Positions 23,557 through 36,837 are shown, counted from the stretch's first letter. The stretch is DNA of 64,000 bases from Takakia lepidozioides (GCA_030704615.1 CM060732.1:50406001-50470000), one strand, 5' to 3'. Numbers and translations: made by a program. The notes: generated by a model not told the origin, from the letters alone.

Positions 23557-26424
23557 ATGAGTGATGAAAGAGAAGCTAGACGACAAAGATATTCATCAAA
23601 AAGAGAAAGCTATCTGAAAGCTAATTATCCATATCTTTGGGAGAGAGGAATAGACATAGGGGAATCATCTGGACCTCTCACACCATCAAGATCAAAAAGT
23701 GCATCACCTATACCGGAAGAACTAGAGTTGGATGCCACTCCTTCTGTTTCTTTGCAAGAAAGATTAAGGGAATTGGTACAGGAAGAAGATCAATCACGAG
23801 GTGAAAGATCTGAGGTACATCCTTGGATAAAAGACTTGACAGAAATCTTGGATAAGAGTTGGCATGGAACACCAAAAGCAGGAACTCCAGTTTCTGAAGC
23901 AGAAGATGAAGAAGGAGATGAGGATGTGGCAGAGCCAACGGAGAGTTCAGACTCTCCAACACCATTACAGTTGAGTTACATGAGTGAAGAAGAAACCCAA
24001 GGGCAGAACTTGGAGGATGAAAACAGAGAGAAGAAATTGGAAGAAGAAGAATATGAAGAAGTAGACCCAACAGCTGAGGTTGAGACTACAACCAGGACAT
24101 CCCAACCCGTTGGACCTGGATCAAGTGGAGCACTTAGATCACAGGCCAACGAAGGTGTCGGCTCAGGGGGATCAGGCGGGCTGCCTGGATCTGGCTCTGG
24201 GGGGACAGGGAGTGTGGGAAGTAGTGCAACTGAAGCTGGGAATACTGTGAATATTGTGGGGCCAGAAGCAGGGAGTGCTCAAGGGCCACCACTTGGTGGA
24301 AGATCCACCACAAAAACAACAGGTCCAGAAGGACCAGCACCAGCAAGGGTGCCAGCACCTGTCAGTGGGCAGAAGGTAGGGCCACAGATGGCGTTACAAC
24401 CAACACGGGCAAAACCACCCTTTCCAATATATTCAGGAAAAGGGGATCCCGATGTACACATTAGCCAATTTGAGCACATGTGTATAGTGAACAATGAGAA
24501 TGGTGATGATGCCAAGATGAGACTGTTTCCTTGTTCACTTATCAAGAAAGCAAGTGAATGGTATGCAAGATTCCCTGATAATCATTTCCTAACCTGGAAT
24601 GGCTTGAATACAGCATTTCGAAATAGGTTCAGGACAAGTAAAACTGAGGATGAAGTGTATGGAAGTTTACAACAGCTGAAGCAGAAGAAGCATGAAACTG
24701 TTGAAGAGTATATGGAGAAGATGGAATTGATGATGAAAAAGCTGGCTGCAGTACCAGCACCCGGTTTACAGAAGACTTGGTTTGTGAGTGGACTAAGACC
24801 AGAGTTGCAGAAGAAAGTGGATATGTTACCCCATAATACAGTGGAGGAGGCATTTGAAACTGCAAACAGAATTGAGCAATTGGGAATGCTCAGGAGAGAG
24901 AAAAAGGAAGATGAGGACTCTGAAGATGAGTCAGATGAAGAAGAAGAGCAAGAACTAAAAAGAAAGAGTAAGAGAAAGGAAAAGTTGAAGAGGGATAACT
25001 ATGAGAAAAGATTGGAAGAAATCTTGAAGAAGTATGCCACAGAGGCTGCAACACATTGGAGGAAGGGTGTATGGTATGCAAAGTGCCAGAATGAAGGCCA
25101 TACCACTGCAGAATGCCACATGAAGGAGAAACACTGTACTATCTGTAAAATGGATAACCATTATACTGAGAATTGTTACTACAACAGAAGGACAGCTGCA
25201 AGAGAACCTAGGCAAGTGAGGGTGCATCAGGTGCAGCCCCAGCCAAGAAGAAGCAATGATCAGGACCACTATGGTAGGTCTGGTGGTTATAACAATGGCA
25301 TGGAAGGGAGAGGTAATTCAAGAGGGAATTACCAAGGAAATTCCAGAGGCAACTATCAGGGTAATCCAAGGGGGAATTACCAGCCCGGGAATCAGGATTA
25401 TAGAAATAATCCAAGAACAGACCAAGGGCGCAAGGCAGCCTGTTCATTCTGGATAAGACACCAGAATGAGATGAGAGCTCCTGTGAATGAGGGCCCAGTG
25501 GTGGCAGATTCCTCTGATTCGGATGGAGAAAAAGAGGGGAGTGAGGAAGAAAGGAAAAAAGAAGATGCAGACATGCAAAGTAATGAAGAGACTTTGGCTG
25601 AAGTAATATGTCAGACCAAAGCAGAAATTACCATTGGACAGCTATTAGCTGTGGCACCTTATTGTAGGCACAGGCTGTATCAGGCAATCAATCGAATTGC
25701 CCAAGAGACAGGAAACACAGACCTGAACAGCAAGGTGACCAGTTATAATGTGAAGCCGGAAGGGCGAGAACCAGTCATGGACTTTGATGATTCTATGCCA
25801 GTAATCCAATTGAGAATTGGAAGCACAGAACTAACTGATGTACTGATAGATGGTGGTTCTGGAGTAAATATCATGACAGACCAATTAAGGAAGAAGCTTG
25901 GTCTAAGTAACATGAAACCAGCCCCATTTACAGTAACAATGGCAGATCAAAGAAGTGTACAGCCATTGGGATTAATAAGAGGAGTTAAGATACAGATACA
26001 GAAAATGATCTTTATGATCACAGTAACTGTATTAAAAATGGATGAAGTCATGGAGGCTTACTCCTTATTATTGGGACGTCCGTGGCTGAAACAGGCCAGG
26101 GTATTCCATGACTGGAATTCTCAGTTACTAACTGTGCATAATGGGATGCACGAGATACAAATTACCACAAAGAAATCTAGTAGATTACCTGCTACAAGAA
26201 GACCTCGAGGAGTCAGAGAGTATGACTGGAGGGGAGGACTGGATGAGGAGCAGGAAGCTACCCTATTTGCTGCACACCCAGAATGGGAGCAGGTTGCAGA
26301 GATGCGGCTGGAAAGCCTAAGTTGTTTGAGAGGTATCTGCTGTGGTGTAGTGACAGCAACACCAACTGAAGAAGAAACCAGCATTTACCCATCACATTTC
26401 TATGAAGAAGAGAAGGAGAAATAG
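23557..26424 (+). CDS. gag: Gag-protease polyprotein
   Basis: Retrotrans_gag core (LFPCSLIKKASEWY...W..L...F..RF, LKQKKHETVEEY), zinc knuckles C.NEGH...EC and CTIC..DNH..ENC, aspartic protease VLIDGGSGVN...LLLGRPWL. Confidence 0.92.
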   Translation: MSDEREARRQRYSSKRESYLKANYPYLWERGIDIGESSGPLTPSRSKSASPIPEELELDATPSVSLQERLRELVQEEDQSRGERSEVHPWIKDLTEILDKSWHGTPKAGTPVSEAEDEEGDEDVAEPTESSDSPTPLQLSYMSEEETQGQNLEDENREKKLEEEEYEEVDPTAEVETTTRTSQPVGPGSSGALRSQANEGVGSGGSGGLPGSGSGGTGSVGSSATEAGNTVNIVGPEAGSAQGPPLGGRSTTKTTGPEGPAPARVPAPVSGQKVGPQMALQPTRAKPPFPIYSGKGDPDVHISQFEHMCIVNNENGDDAKMRLFPCSLIKKASEWYARFPDNHFLTWNGLNTAFRNRFRTSKTEDEVYGSLQQLKQKKHETVEEYMEKMELMMKKLAAVPAPGLQKTWFVSGLRPELQKKVDMLPHNTVEEAFETANRIEQLGMLRREKKEDEDSEDESDEEEEQELKRKSKRKEKLKRDNYEKRLEEILKKYATEAATHWRKGVWYAKCQNEGHTTAECHMKEKHCTICKMDNHYTENCYYNRRTAAREPRQVRVHQVQPQPRRSNDQDHYGRSGGYNNGMEGRGNSRGNYQGNSRGNYQGNPRGNYQPGNQDYRNNPRTDQGRKAACSFWIRHQNEMRAPVNEGPVVADSSDSDGEKEGSEEERKKEDADMQSNEETLAEVICQTKAEITIGQLLAVAPYCRHRLYQAINRIAQETGNTDLNSKVTSYNVKPEGREPVMDFDDSMPVIQLRIGSTELTDVLIDGGSGVNIMTDQLRKKLGLSNMKPAPFTVTMADQRSVQPLGLIRGVKIQIQKMIFMITVTVLKMDEVMEAYSLLLGRPWLKQARVFHDWNSQLLTVHNGMHEIQITTKKSSRLPATRRPRGVREYDWRGGLDEEQEATLFAAHPEWEQVAEMRLESLSCLRGICCGVVTATPTEEETSIYPSHFYEEEKEK

Positions 26425-26447
26425 AAATCCTAGAAGAACCAGCCACT

Positions 26448-29330
26448 GTGAGCTTACAGGATGAAGTGGTGACCGGTTGGACAATCACAGCTGATGAGCA
26501 GGTGAGAGAAGTAAATGTGGGAACTCAGGAGGAACCGAGGATGGTGAAAGTAGGAGCTGATTTGGAGCCGGAATTCTTCGAAGAAGCAAAAAGCTTGTTC
26601 ATCAAATACAGAGATGTATTTGCTTGGAGCTATGAGGATCTAAAAGGGATACCACCTGAAGTCTGTCAGCATAAAATTGAACTGGAACCAGGGTCAGTAC
26701 CAATCAAGCAGGCGAGGTATAGAATGAATCCCAACTACGCACAGAAGGTTGGAGAAGAGATAAAGAAGTTGGCTGAGGCTAAGTTTATATACCCAATAGA
26801 GTATACAACTTGGTTGTCACCCATTGTTATAGTTCCCAAGAAGAATGGCAAACTAAGAGTATGTGTGAACTATAAGAAGCTGAATGCTTGTACGAAGAAA
26901 GATCCTTTCCCTTTGCCATTCACAGAAGCAGTATTAGACACTGTGGCAGGCCATGAGATGTACTCATTCATGGATGGCTTCAGTGGTTATAATCAAGTGA
27001 AAGTGGCAGAAGAAGACCAAGGGAAAACAGCTTTCATCACAGACTGGGGGGCTTATGCATACAAAGTCATGCCCTTTGGACTTTGTAATGCACCAGCGAC
27101 CTTTCAGAGAGTGATAAGTGAATCTTTTCATGAGTATCTGGATGATTTCATGCAGGTATTCTTGGATGATTTCAGTGTGTACAGCTCTAAGAATGAGCAC
27201 TTGCATAAATTGGAGTTATGCCTGGCCAGATGCAGGATGAGAGGTCTGGGCTTGAATCCAGAGAAGTGTACTTTCTGTGTGAACTCAGGGGTGCTTCTGG
27301 GACACATAGTGTGTAAGAAGGGACTTCTTGTGGATCCCAGGAAGACAGAGTCCATTAAAGTCTCTCCACCACCAGTGAATGTTAAGAGTTTAAGGAGATT
27401 CCTTGGGCAAACCAGTTATTACAGAAGATTTGTCAAAAGGTATGCACAAATAGCAGCACCATTGAGCAAGCTTCTGAAGAAAGATGCAGTGTTTGCATGG
27501 ACAGCTGAATGTCAACAGGCGTTTGAGGAACTTACACTGTCAGTAACAACTACACCTGTGCTGATTAACCCTCACTGGCATGTAGTATTTCATGTTCACT
27601 GCGATGCATCAGGAGAAGCGTTGGGAGCGGTATTAGCCCAGAATGTTACAGGGAATATAGATTCACCTGTGTACTATGCTAGCCGGTTGATGAACAGTGC
27701 TGAGAGGAACTATAGCACAACGGAAAGAGAAGCATTGGCAATGATCTATGCAGTGAAGAAATTCAGGCATTACCTATTGGGAAGAAAGTTTATGTTTTAT
27801 GTGGATCACCAGGCTCTGATATATCTGGTGAACAAACCTTTGATAAGTGGAAGGATAGCGAGGTGGTTAATAATCTTGCATGAGTTTGAGTTCGAGGTTA
27901 TTTACAAGCCTGGCCGTTTGCATCTTGTGGCAGATCATTTGTCACGACTAACAACAGGAGAGGCCGCCACAGGAGTGGACGATCAGTTACCTGATGCGAG
28001 TTTATTTGTAATGGAGGTGCAAGGAAGTGCAGATGAATGGTTAGATTGGCAGTGGCCAATCAGATACTACCTTGCTCATGGTCAGTGCCCACCTAGTTAT
28101 GGTAAGGAGCAGAGGAAGAGAATCGCTATCAAAGCTTTACCTTATACTATGGTAGGAAGCAGAATGTATAAGTTAGGACCAGATGGAGTACTAAAACGAT
28201 GCTTGTACCACCATGAAGTAAATAAAGTCTTGGAGGAAGTTCATAAAGGAGTGGCTGGAGGTCATTTTGGAGAAGAGACTACCAGTAGAAAGATACTACT
28301 CGCAGGATACTGGTGGCCTACTTTGTTCAAAGATGTACATGAGTATTGTCAGAAGTGTGATGAATGTCAGAGGCTAGGACCTTTGCAGAGATCTGGAAGA
28401 ATGGCCTTGCATCCTACAATGCCTACGGAACCATTTCAGAAATGGGGACTAGACTTTGTTGGACCAATTAATCCACCATCCAAGAATACACGAAACAGGT
28501 ACATAATTACAGCCACTGATTATACTACAAAGTGGGTGGAAGCTAAAGCTTTGAGGGACAACACAGCCAAGTCCACAGCAAGGTTCCTGTACGAGAACAT
28601 ACTTACACGATTTGGATGTCCCTTAGAATTTATCAGTGATCAAGGAAGTCACTTCATGAATGAGACCATTGAGTTATTGACTAAAGAGTTTATGATTGTG
28701 CATAGAAAGAGTACAACATATTACCCACAGGGTAATGGACAGGCAGAGGCTACCAACAAAATACTATGTACTATCTTGGCTAAGATAGTCAATGCAAACA
28801 GAACGGATTGGGATACAAAGCTGCTGACAGCTTTGTGGTCATACAGGACTTCATATAAAGTCACCACTAAGTATACACCATTCCAATTAGTTTATGGTAT
28901 GGAAGCCTTACTTCCAGTGGAATTCCTGTTACCTACCATGAGAACGGAGTGGGGAAAAAGAATGGAATTGCAAGACTCCATCAAGTCAGGAAACATGAAT
29001 TATACCATGTGGAAGAAATACGTGCTGATGCAGCTGATAATATGACCAGAATTCAGATGAAGAGAAAGGAACAGTTTGATGAAGGCAAGTTAAAGACTTT
29101 TAAGACGGGGGATTTGGTTCTATGGTTGCAGAAGAAAGGAAAGATTCAAGCTTCTAAGCTTAAATCACCATGGAAAGGACCTTATGTCATACAAAAGATG
29201 TATGATAACAACACAGCCATGTTACAAACCATTAACAAAGAAATGCTGGGAAGAGTCAATGCAAATAAGTTGAAGGGGTACAGTGGTATCCATGACAAAC
29301 CCCTGCAGCATGATTTGCATGTTGAACCGC
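26448..29330 (+). CDS. pol: Pol (RT-RNase H-integrase), with frameshifts at the gag junction and near 28950-29045
   Basis: KKDPFPLPF, YSFMDGFSGYNQV, VFLDDF, CDAS, NYSTTERE, H-H-C-C zinc finger, WGLDFVGP, SDQGSHF, YPQGNGQAE, GPY module WKGPY. Confidence 0.93.
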
Positions 29331-29421
29331 AAGAGCAGTCACGGGCTGCACCAGTGTTACGAACGGAGTATGGAACACTTGTCGCTAGGCCCAGTATATA
29401 TGACCGGGGTGGGCAAAACAA

Positions 29422-29840
29422 ACGTGACACAGCCTATCACAGCCCATCACGGCGTGACACAGCCTATCACAGCCCATCACGACGTGACACAGCCTACCAC
29501 AGCCCAGCAAGGCGCAACACAGCCTATCACAGCCCATCACGACGTGACACAGCCTACCACAGCCCATCACGGCGTGACACAGCCTATCAGAGCCCATCAC
29601 GGCGTGACACAGCCTATCACAGCCCATCACGGCGTGACACAGCCTATCACAGCCCATCACGGCGTGACACAGCCTATCACAGCCCAGCACGGCGTGACAC
29701 AGCCTATCACAGCCCGTCACGACGTGACACAGCCTATCAACCTACCGCAGCGTGTCACAGCCTATCACAGCTTACCACAGTGCAACACAGCCTATCACAG
29801 CGTAACACAGTATGACACAGCCTGTCACAGCTCAACACAG
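29422..29840 (+). repeat. 30-bp tandem array downstream of pol
   Basis: About 11 units of CGTGACACAGCCTATCACAGCCCATCACGG, decaying at the 3' end. Confidence 0.92.
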
Positions 29841-30317
29841 CCTACTAAAGTTACACGATCCATAGAATCAGTGACAAGTTGACACATAAAAACTTCAGGA
29901 AAATGGCTGAAGGAAGAAGAAACGGAAATTACTTTAAAAATAGACACGTGGAGGTCAGGGTGCGACACACAGCAGAGAATGAAGTGCAAGGACAGGTGTC
30001 AAAAAGAAAGAGGACAAGAACGGCCGTCAAAAGGGATGAAAGGCGGGCCCATTAATGAATACGGAAAAAGGGAAACGGAACGAACGGCAAGTACACAAAA
30101 GCCGAATTCATGTCGCATGTGTGATCCTAGTGGACTATCCAACAAAGAAAGTCCACTAAAGAAGATAAAAGTTAAAATCCAGTCACAGCAGATACAGCCA
30201 ACAGAAAACCAGAAAAATGATCAAGAAAATGGAGGGAAATTGAGCGCAAGAGGCGGCGTCGTTCTGAGTAACGGGCGTCTCGACAGGACAGGCCATAAAG
30301 GCTATAACTTGGAAACT

Positions 30318-33300
30318 ATGGAGGAACTAACAGACTATACGCTCGCAATATTACTTACGCAATGGCAGAGACACGAAACGAAAGAGCAGAGCTTTTCTCT
30401 TGAACAATGCTTGCAAGCCCCGCAGGCTTACAAGAGATTACCCATAGCTTTCTGCGGCAACCATACGTTTCTGCTTTGTGCACTACAGGCATTCCTGCAG
30501 TTGTTACAGCCAAAGCAGTTCTGTGAGTCTAAGATGAAGAGAGTGAGAGGAATGGAGGAAATCAGGGTGAAGAGCACCACAATTCTGCAGAAACAAACGA
30601 TGGCTACCCCACAGGCGATAAAGATACTGAAGGAGCTGAGATTGGAAGGATTGCAAAGCATGGATTGGACACTACACCATAGACAGTACATGTTACAATT
30701 TTTGCAGAACTTTGAGCCAAAGACAGGAACAACAACGGTGAAGGGAGTTGAATTAATGATTACTCCCCTATACCTCCAGCAATTGTTTCGATTGCCAGCA
30801 GGTCATGTGTATGTGGAGGAACACAGGGAAAGACTGCAAATAGGGGATTTATTCCAAGAAGGGAGTTTCTTTAAAACTCAGGGTTATGCTTGTACCAAAG
30901 CTGTGTACCCAAGGTTAAAAGACATAGGCCAAGTATTGAACGTTCTGATTGCCCTGAAACAGAACCAACAATATTTGAGCAGATCCTTCACAGAGGAAAT
31001 CCTCAAAGGCTTGAAGGGACAAGAGGTACCATGGGCGGACATAATGTACAACGCACTGGTAGAGGAGATGAAAAGATTACAAGGTACTACCGCAAAATCT
31101 CCTATCATAGTGTCTGGCCCAATCATTGCTCAAATAATCCTTGATTCTCGCATACTTAATGCACAAGAAAGGAAGGAAATGGGAGTGTTTGAGCCAGAAA
31201 CAACTGCAATGGAAGAGCAAGGCTCTTCACACAGTGAGGGTGGACTAGCAGCACAACCTGAGACTAAGAGGCAGAGAAGGGGAAAGACTGTAGTGGCAGA
31301 TCCACTGGCTTCACGGATTCCGCATGATAATGTTTCCCAAGCTCATGACCAGGAAGGGGCACAGCAGCACAAAAGAATGTTATTACTGGAAGCAGGACCT
31401 TCAGAGAGGGAGGAAGAAGTTACTTCTGCATCACAGCCAACACAGCCACTTGAACGACTTGTCACAAGGTCACAAGTTATCCATGCAGCTCAACCCGAAA
31501 TAATTGATTTGGAAAGTGAAGGGATAGAGATTCCAACTACAGAGCAGATAGTGGCAGAAATAGAGAAAGGGGACCTTCTCTATGAATATTCTGGTCTGGT
31601 AAAGGAGACAGAAATCCCAGAGGTGCAACAGTTGCCCAAGGGAAATCCTGAGGTGCATATAATGCACACACCTGTGTTGGAGGTACCACAGGCGGAAGGT
31701 CATGACACTGTAACACCAGTCATAGATGAAGTAGTTCAGCAAGAAAATCCGGTGGGACAATGGCCTGAATGGTTAGTGAGACATCATACTGTTGAAGATC
31801 GGAGGAGGAACAGCAGCAACCTCACCATGATGACCCTCAACAGGCAATGCTGATGAGTTCCATAGGCAGGACACTTAATTTGTTGGGGACTTATGTCAAA
31901 ACCCATGTTCCAATTACCCAATTGACAGCCTTGAAAGAAGAACTCAGGAAGGAGTTTGAGGCTCGACTTGCCACTGAGTGTGCAAACAAGGTCGATGAAG
32001 AGGTCACTCTCAAGATGAAGCAGGACTTGGCCAATACAGAAATGGCTTTGCAATTGGCCAAGCAACAATTGATTGAGGCAGGCCTCGCGCAAGACCAGTT
32101 GCACGAAGCACATAAGCAACAGCTATACCAAATGCAGGTGCAGCATGAAAGCAAGTTGCAAGAACTGAATGCACTACATACGGAGTTGCAGACAGTGCAT
32201 AACAGGATGGCGATACAATGCGCTACATTTACAACTATGCTTGACCAATCAACAAAAGAAATAAACAGTCAAGCGGAAAAATGTACGAAGGCAGAAGAAG
32301 AGAATGTGGAGCACATGAAGCTCATTGTCGATATGAAAATACAATCTGTCGCAATGAAGATACTTTCAAGCAATACAGGCAGATGGAAGCTGAGAATGAG
32401 AAATACATCGTGGAGTTGCAACAAACCATCGTGGCCAATAGAAATGAAATCGCGGTCAGTAACAAGGCTTCGAAAGAAGCCAATAATCTACTTGCTGCCT
32501 ATGCGCAATTGGTTGAGCCACAGGCGAAGCGCATGAAGGCTTTACAACAGCAGTTGGAATTGTATAAGCTAAGAGAGGAGCAAACTCTCAGGGAAACCAC
32601 AAGCAGCTTGGTGGATAACAGCCTTATGCAGGTCTGGTTAGCACAAGGGCCAGTAGAAGGCAAAGCCCCACGGAAGCTCACCCAAAGCGAGATGAATGAG
32701 CTTAGACTGCAGGTGCAGAACATTGCCACAACTACTATAGACAATGTCTATAGTAGGATAGCAGAGTTACAAGAGGATGTAGACGGACTCCAGACTCAAG
32801 TGGAAGACCTCACTTCAAACATCGACCAAAGAGTCTATATCCCTCAGGAACAGCTAATGGCTTCTTATTTGCAAGCCAGAACTCTGGCTTTTCAGTCTTC
32901 ACAGGAGGTGCAGGAGATGCCAATGGTACAGGAACCAGTACCACCACCACCACAACAGGTCAGTGTACCAGTAGCTGAACCTGTGGTTACTACAACCACA
33001 CCACAGCCACCACAGCCGGAGGTATGGGGCAATGCAGCTTTTAACCCACCTAAAACTCCAGCTGCCAGGGAGTACAGTAGGGCTATGATTATGCCCTTCA
33101 ACCAAATTCCCATCATGTTGGATTTGGCTTGGAAAGAATTTAGTCCTCCGCAGTCATTCGCACATTACTACCAAATCATGCGTATTTGGCTGCCAGTGGC
33201 AACCAGGACTAAAGTTCTTCCAAACAATCGACATATTGAAGATCATCACTTTGCACAATACTGGCACGAGGCAGGTACCATGTTGAGGGAATTGGTTGCT

Positions 33301-34086
33301 TTCCAGGTTGTACATGGACTCATTTATACCAAGACCAAGGAGATAGCAAGTATTGTCATGGGGTGCGGGCTATACTACGCTGCTTGTTTTCTGATACGTT
33401 ACCACATTGAGCAACAAAAGATGCAAGCACGCTTTCAAAGTTACTCCAGTGGAGATCATTGGGTATTACCTTCGGTGCCACCTCATATGTACCTATATGA
33501 CCCAAAAGTTATGATACAGAAGGATTCTCAAATTCGTTTATGGTTTCAAGCAGCCTGCAACAATTTGTCAACACAGAAATTCGGACTTGATGACATTTTC
33601 TATAAGGGACATATCGCATGGAAATACTTGCACGCTGCACCAGTAATTGGTACCCCACTCATCTGGACAGACAAGGAGCTCAGTGTCTACACCAATTTTG
33701 CTGTTCAACGGTTACACCAGGTTGTAAAATGCAAACTTCCAGACATGGTAGGACAGCATTGTATGCCCCAGATGATTCCACAAAAAGTTTGAAAATTAAA
33801 ACACCTGAGAGGCGATGAGGATTCTGATACAACTGTTTCTTCACAGAATTCTTTTGACATGGGAGAAGACTATGCAATTCAGATGGAAGAGAAGAAACAA
33901 AGGGGATCTCCTATGCCGGAAAGATTACCTCGATATCAGCCTCCAGAAGGCCTCACTTATCCAGGTAATGATCAACCATCTCCGTCAACCAGAGACAGAC
34001 CTCGGGCTCGTACACACAGCCCGCCACGAAACTCTCAACGTCAACAAGGTGCTCACTCACAAAGGGTTGCTACTCAGAAACAGTAA
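30318..34086 (+). pseudogene. Large accessory ORF3 of the retrotransposon (~1250 aa when reconstructed), coiled-coil rich
   Basis: Pieces 29979-31853, 31847-32536, 32281-33792 and 33859-34086. The second copy reads through the stop at 33790 (PQKVRKLKHL...), showing the last two pieces belong to one ORF. Confidence 0.8.
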
Positions 34087-34107
34087 ACCGTGAGGACACG
34101 GCTTTTT

Positions 34108-34125
34108 GAGGGAGGAAGGGGTAAA
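34108..34125 (+). promoter_or_regulatory. Polypurine tract
   Basis: GAGGGAGGAAGGGGTAAA immediately before the 3' LTR. Confidence 0.85.
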
Positions 34126-35276
34126 TGTTAGAGGACGGTAGGGGACTTAGACACTTATACGGGATCTGTAGGGTACCCTTAATTTTTGCACAGACTGAGA
34201 CAAACAGGAACCTTAGGGGTGACAGCAGCGCACTGTAGAGGGGGGTTACATAGCCGACACAGCAGTCACAGCCCACACAGCCGTCACAGCCCACACAGCC
34301 AACACAGCCTGTCACAGTCGTCACAGCCCACACAGCCGTCACAGCCCACACAGCCCGTCACAGTCGTCACAGCCCACACAGCCCACACAGCCGTCACAGT
34401 CGTCACAGCCCACACAGCCCACACAGCCGTCACAGTCGTCACAGCCCACACAGCCCACACAGCCCGTCACAGTCGTCACAGCAGACACAGCCCACACAGC
34501 CAGTCACAGCCCACACAGCCGTCACAGTCGTCACAGCCCACACAGCCCACACAGCCCGTCACAGTCGTCACAGCAGACACAGCCCACACAGCCAGTCACA
34601 GCCCGACACAGCCAAACACAGCCAGTCACCGCTTGACACAGCTGTCACGATAATAGGGAACGAAGAGTAGGACAGGGAACGACTGTGGGGAACAACACCA
34701 GTGAAGGGAACATGTTAGTTCACATACGACGGTTAGAGAGGGAAACGGTTAGAACCGCGGATAGGAGGATAAAGGGAAGAACGGGGAATGATGAGAGGAT
34801 GATTATGATTATCATTATGGGAAGGAGGATTTCGGAGTGAGACGGGAGCGGAAGTCGGTGAGCACGATGAAGGAGGAAAGAGGATTAGTAGATGCTTGTT
34901 ATATGCAAAGCTGTAGGGATATTGTAGAGGAGAATACAGACACAATGGCTTCGGCCTGATACCTGATAAATCATAATCTAATACTTATACGATACAATCA
35001 CACTGTGTAGAGAGATCTGAGTGAAGCTGTGGATTGAATGGAGGAGTGAAGGAAACCGATAAATTGATGAAGCAAACTGATACTTAATTATCAATGGTAA
35101 GGTAGCTAAGATGAATGCCGAAAAGGAAACAAATAGGAAACACCCCCATGATACACTAGCTGTAGGTCATGACTGATTGTTCTGCGCGGGCTGAGTACTT
35201 AGAGATTTCCAACTCTTCTATCTTGGAGTTTCCGCCTCGGATAGCGAAGGGATGGGTGAGTAAAAGCCGCGCGACA
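34126..35276 (+). repeat. 3' LTR (1151 bp)
   Basis: Matches the 5' LTR except for indels and occasional substitutions in the minisatellite. Confidence 0.97.
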
Positions 35277-35281
35277 CAGCT

Positions 35282-35403
35282 GTCCAACATCTATGTTGCA
35301 GCTGGCAACAGTTCGAGAAATGATGAAGGCCAGAGTTTTGCAGAAGGAGCTAGGCCACAGTTGCATTGAGCTCAACACCGAAGTGCATACATTCATTGTG
35401 GTA
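35282..35403 (+). pseudogene. PPR E/E+ domain fragment, 3' of the LTR insertion
   Basis: LSNIYVAAG...VREMMKARVLQKELGHSCIELNTEVHTFIV. Confidence 0.75.
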
Positions 35404-35739
35404 TTACCAGGATTTTCCTCGGAGTAAGGGAAATGACAGAGCTTGGGTGCTCTTGTAGTTTCTGCAGATCAAGCAATGAGCAACAAACAGTTGTGACTGG
35501 AGTTTTTCTCAGATGCTTCACAGTGGTGGTTTCATAATGTACGTTTTTTTTCATCTTTGACATGAAATGATTGACACTGGCCTTTTTATGCACTTGGTTG
35601 TTTCACTTGGTAACAATAATACTCTTCACTAGGAAAAGGTAGCAAAAGCACTGCACCCATTTTTCTCGAAGGAGACGACAACAACGTCCTACTGCTGCAG
35701 GTCCGTGCTCCAGTTTTAATTCAGATCCTCTGTGTTGGG

Positions 35740-36596
35740 AGCATTCAGGATGCGCAGGGAGTGTTCAACAGTATGGCTGACCGAGATTTGGTGTCATGGA
35801 ATGCCATGCTTGCAGGGTATCGAGGATGCAAAGGCAGTGTTCAACAATATGGCTGAATGAAATGTGGTGTTGTGGAATGCGATGCTTGTAGGGTATGCAC
35901 AGCAGGGGCATGGGATGGAGGCTTTGGAGACCTATGAGTAAATGATGGTGGAAGGGGTGAAGCCTGACCACATCACATCTGTGCGTTTGCAAGCCTGGAA
36001 GCCCTGAAAAATGGCAAAGAGATGCATGGTTGCATCGCAAAACCATGAATAGTACCAGATGTGATTGTCAACAATACCCTCGTGGACATGTATGCAAAAT
36101 GTGGGTGCATCGAAGATGCGGAGGGAGTGTTTGACAGTATGGCTGAACGAGATTTGGAGTCGTGGAGTGCGATGACTGCAGGGTATGCACAACAAGGGCG
36201 CGGGATGGAGGCTTTGGAGACCTATGAGCAAATGATGGGGGAAGGGGTGAAGCCTGGCAGCCCTGGAAGAGGGCAAAGAGGTCCATGGTGACATCGTCAA
36301 AGCTGGAATTGTACCAGATGTCATAACACTGCCCTGGCGGACAGGTATGCCAAATGTGGGTTCATTGTCAGATCTGCAATTGTACAAAATATCATTCAGA
36401 ACAATACCCTTGTGGACATTTTGTGTCATGGAATGCCATGCTTGTAGGATATGCACAGCAGGGGCGCCGGATGGAGGCCTTGGAGACCTATGAGCAAATG
36501 ATGGGTAAGGGGTGAAGTGCGACCACATCATGTTTATGTGCGTTTGCAATGCTTGTGCAAGCCTGGCAGCCCTGGAAAAGGACAAATGGTGCATGG
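35740..36596 (+). pseudogene. Decayed PLS-class PPR repeats
   Basis: VNNTLVDMYAKCGCIEDAEGVFDSMAERDLESWSAMTAGYAQQGRGMEALETYEQM..EGVKP, with many indels. Confidence 0.9.
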
Positions 36597-36837
36597 CAAC
36601 GACGCTACCGCGTGAGCCTGGCGCATGAGCGTGTGAGCGTACGCTCACACAACGATGACGTGGCGTGAGCCTACGCTCACACAGCTGACGTGGCGCTGAT
36701 GCTGACGTGGCGTGAGCCTGGTCCAGGTCATGCCTCGTCACCACAAAGAAGGTGGGCCTATAACCGTGGGGCCCCCAACTGCTGATATCACCACATGAAG
36801 GTGAAACGGATGAAGGGTTTCGGGCTTTCCTGGAGTT

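Larger units (their letters stand above)
21760..35276 (+). mobile_element. Full-length Ty3/gypsy LTR retrotransposon (non-chromovirus, Athila/Phygy/Selgy-like), 13,517 bp
   Basis: TG...CA LTRs at both ends, 5-bp TSD CAGCT (21755-21759 / 35277-35281), PBS, PPT, and gag-PR-RT-RH-INT order. No chromodomain or extra archaeal-type RNase H seen. Confidence 0.97.

Noticed and set aside
26400-26450. Programmed -1 frameshift between gag-PR and pol
   Set aside because: No X XXY YYZ slippery heptamer is visible and the element has other indels; a mutation is equally likely.
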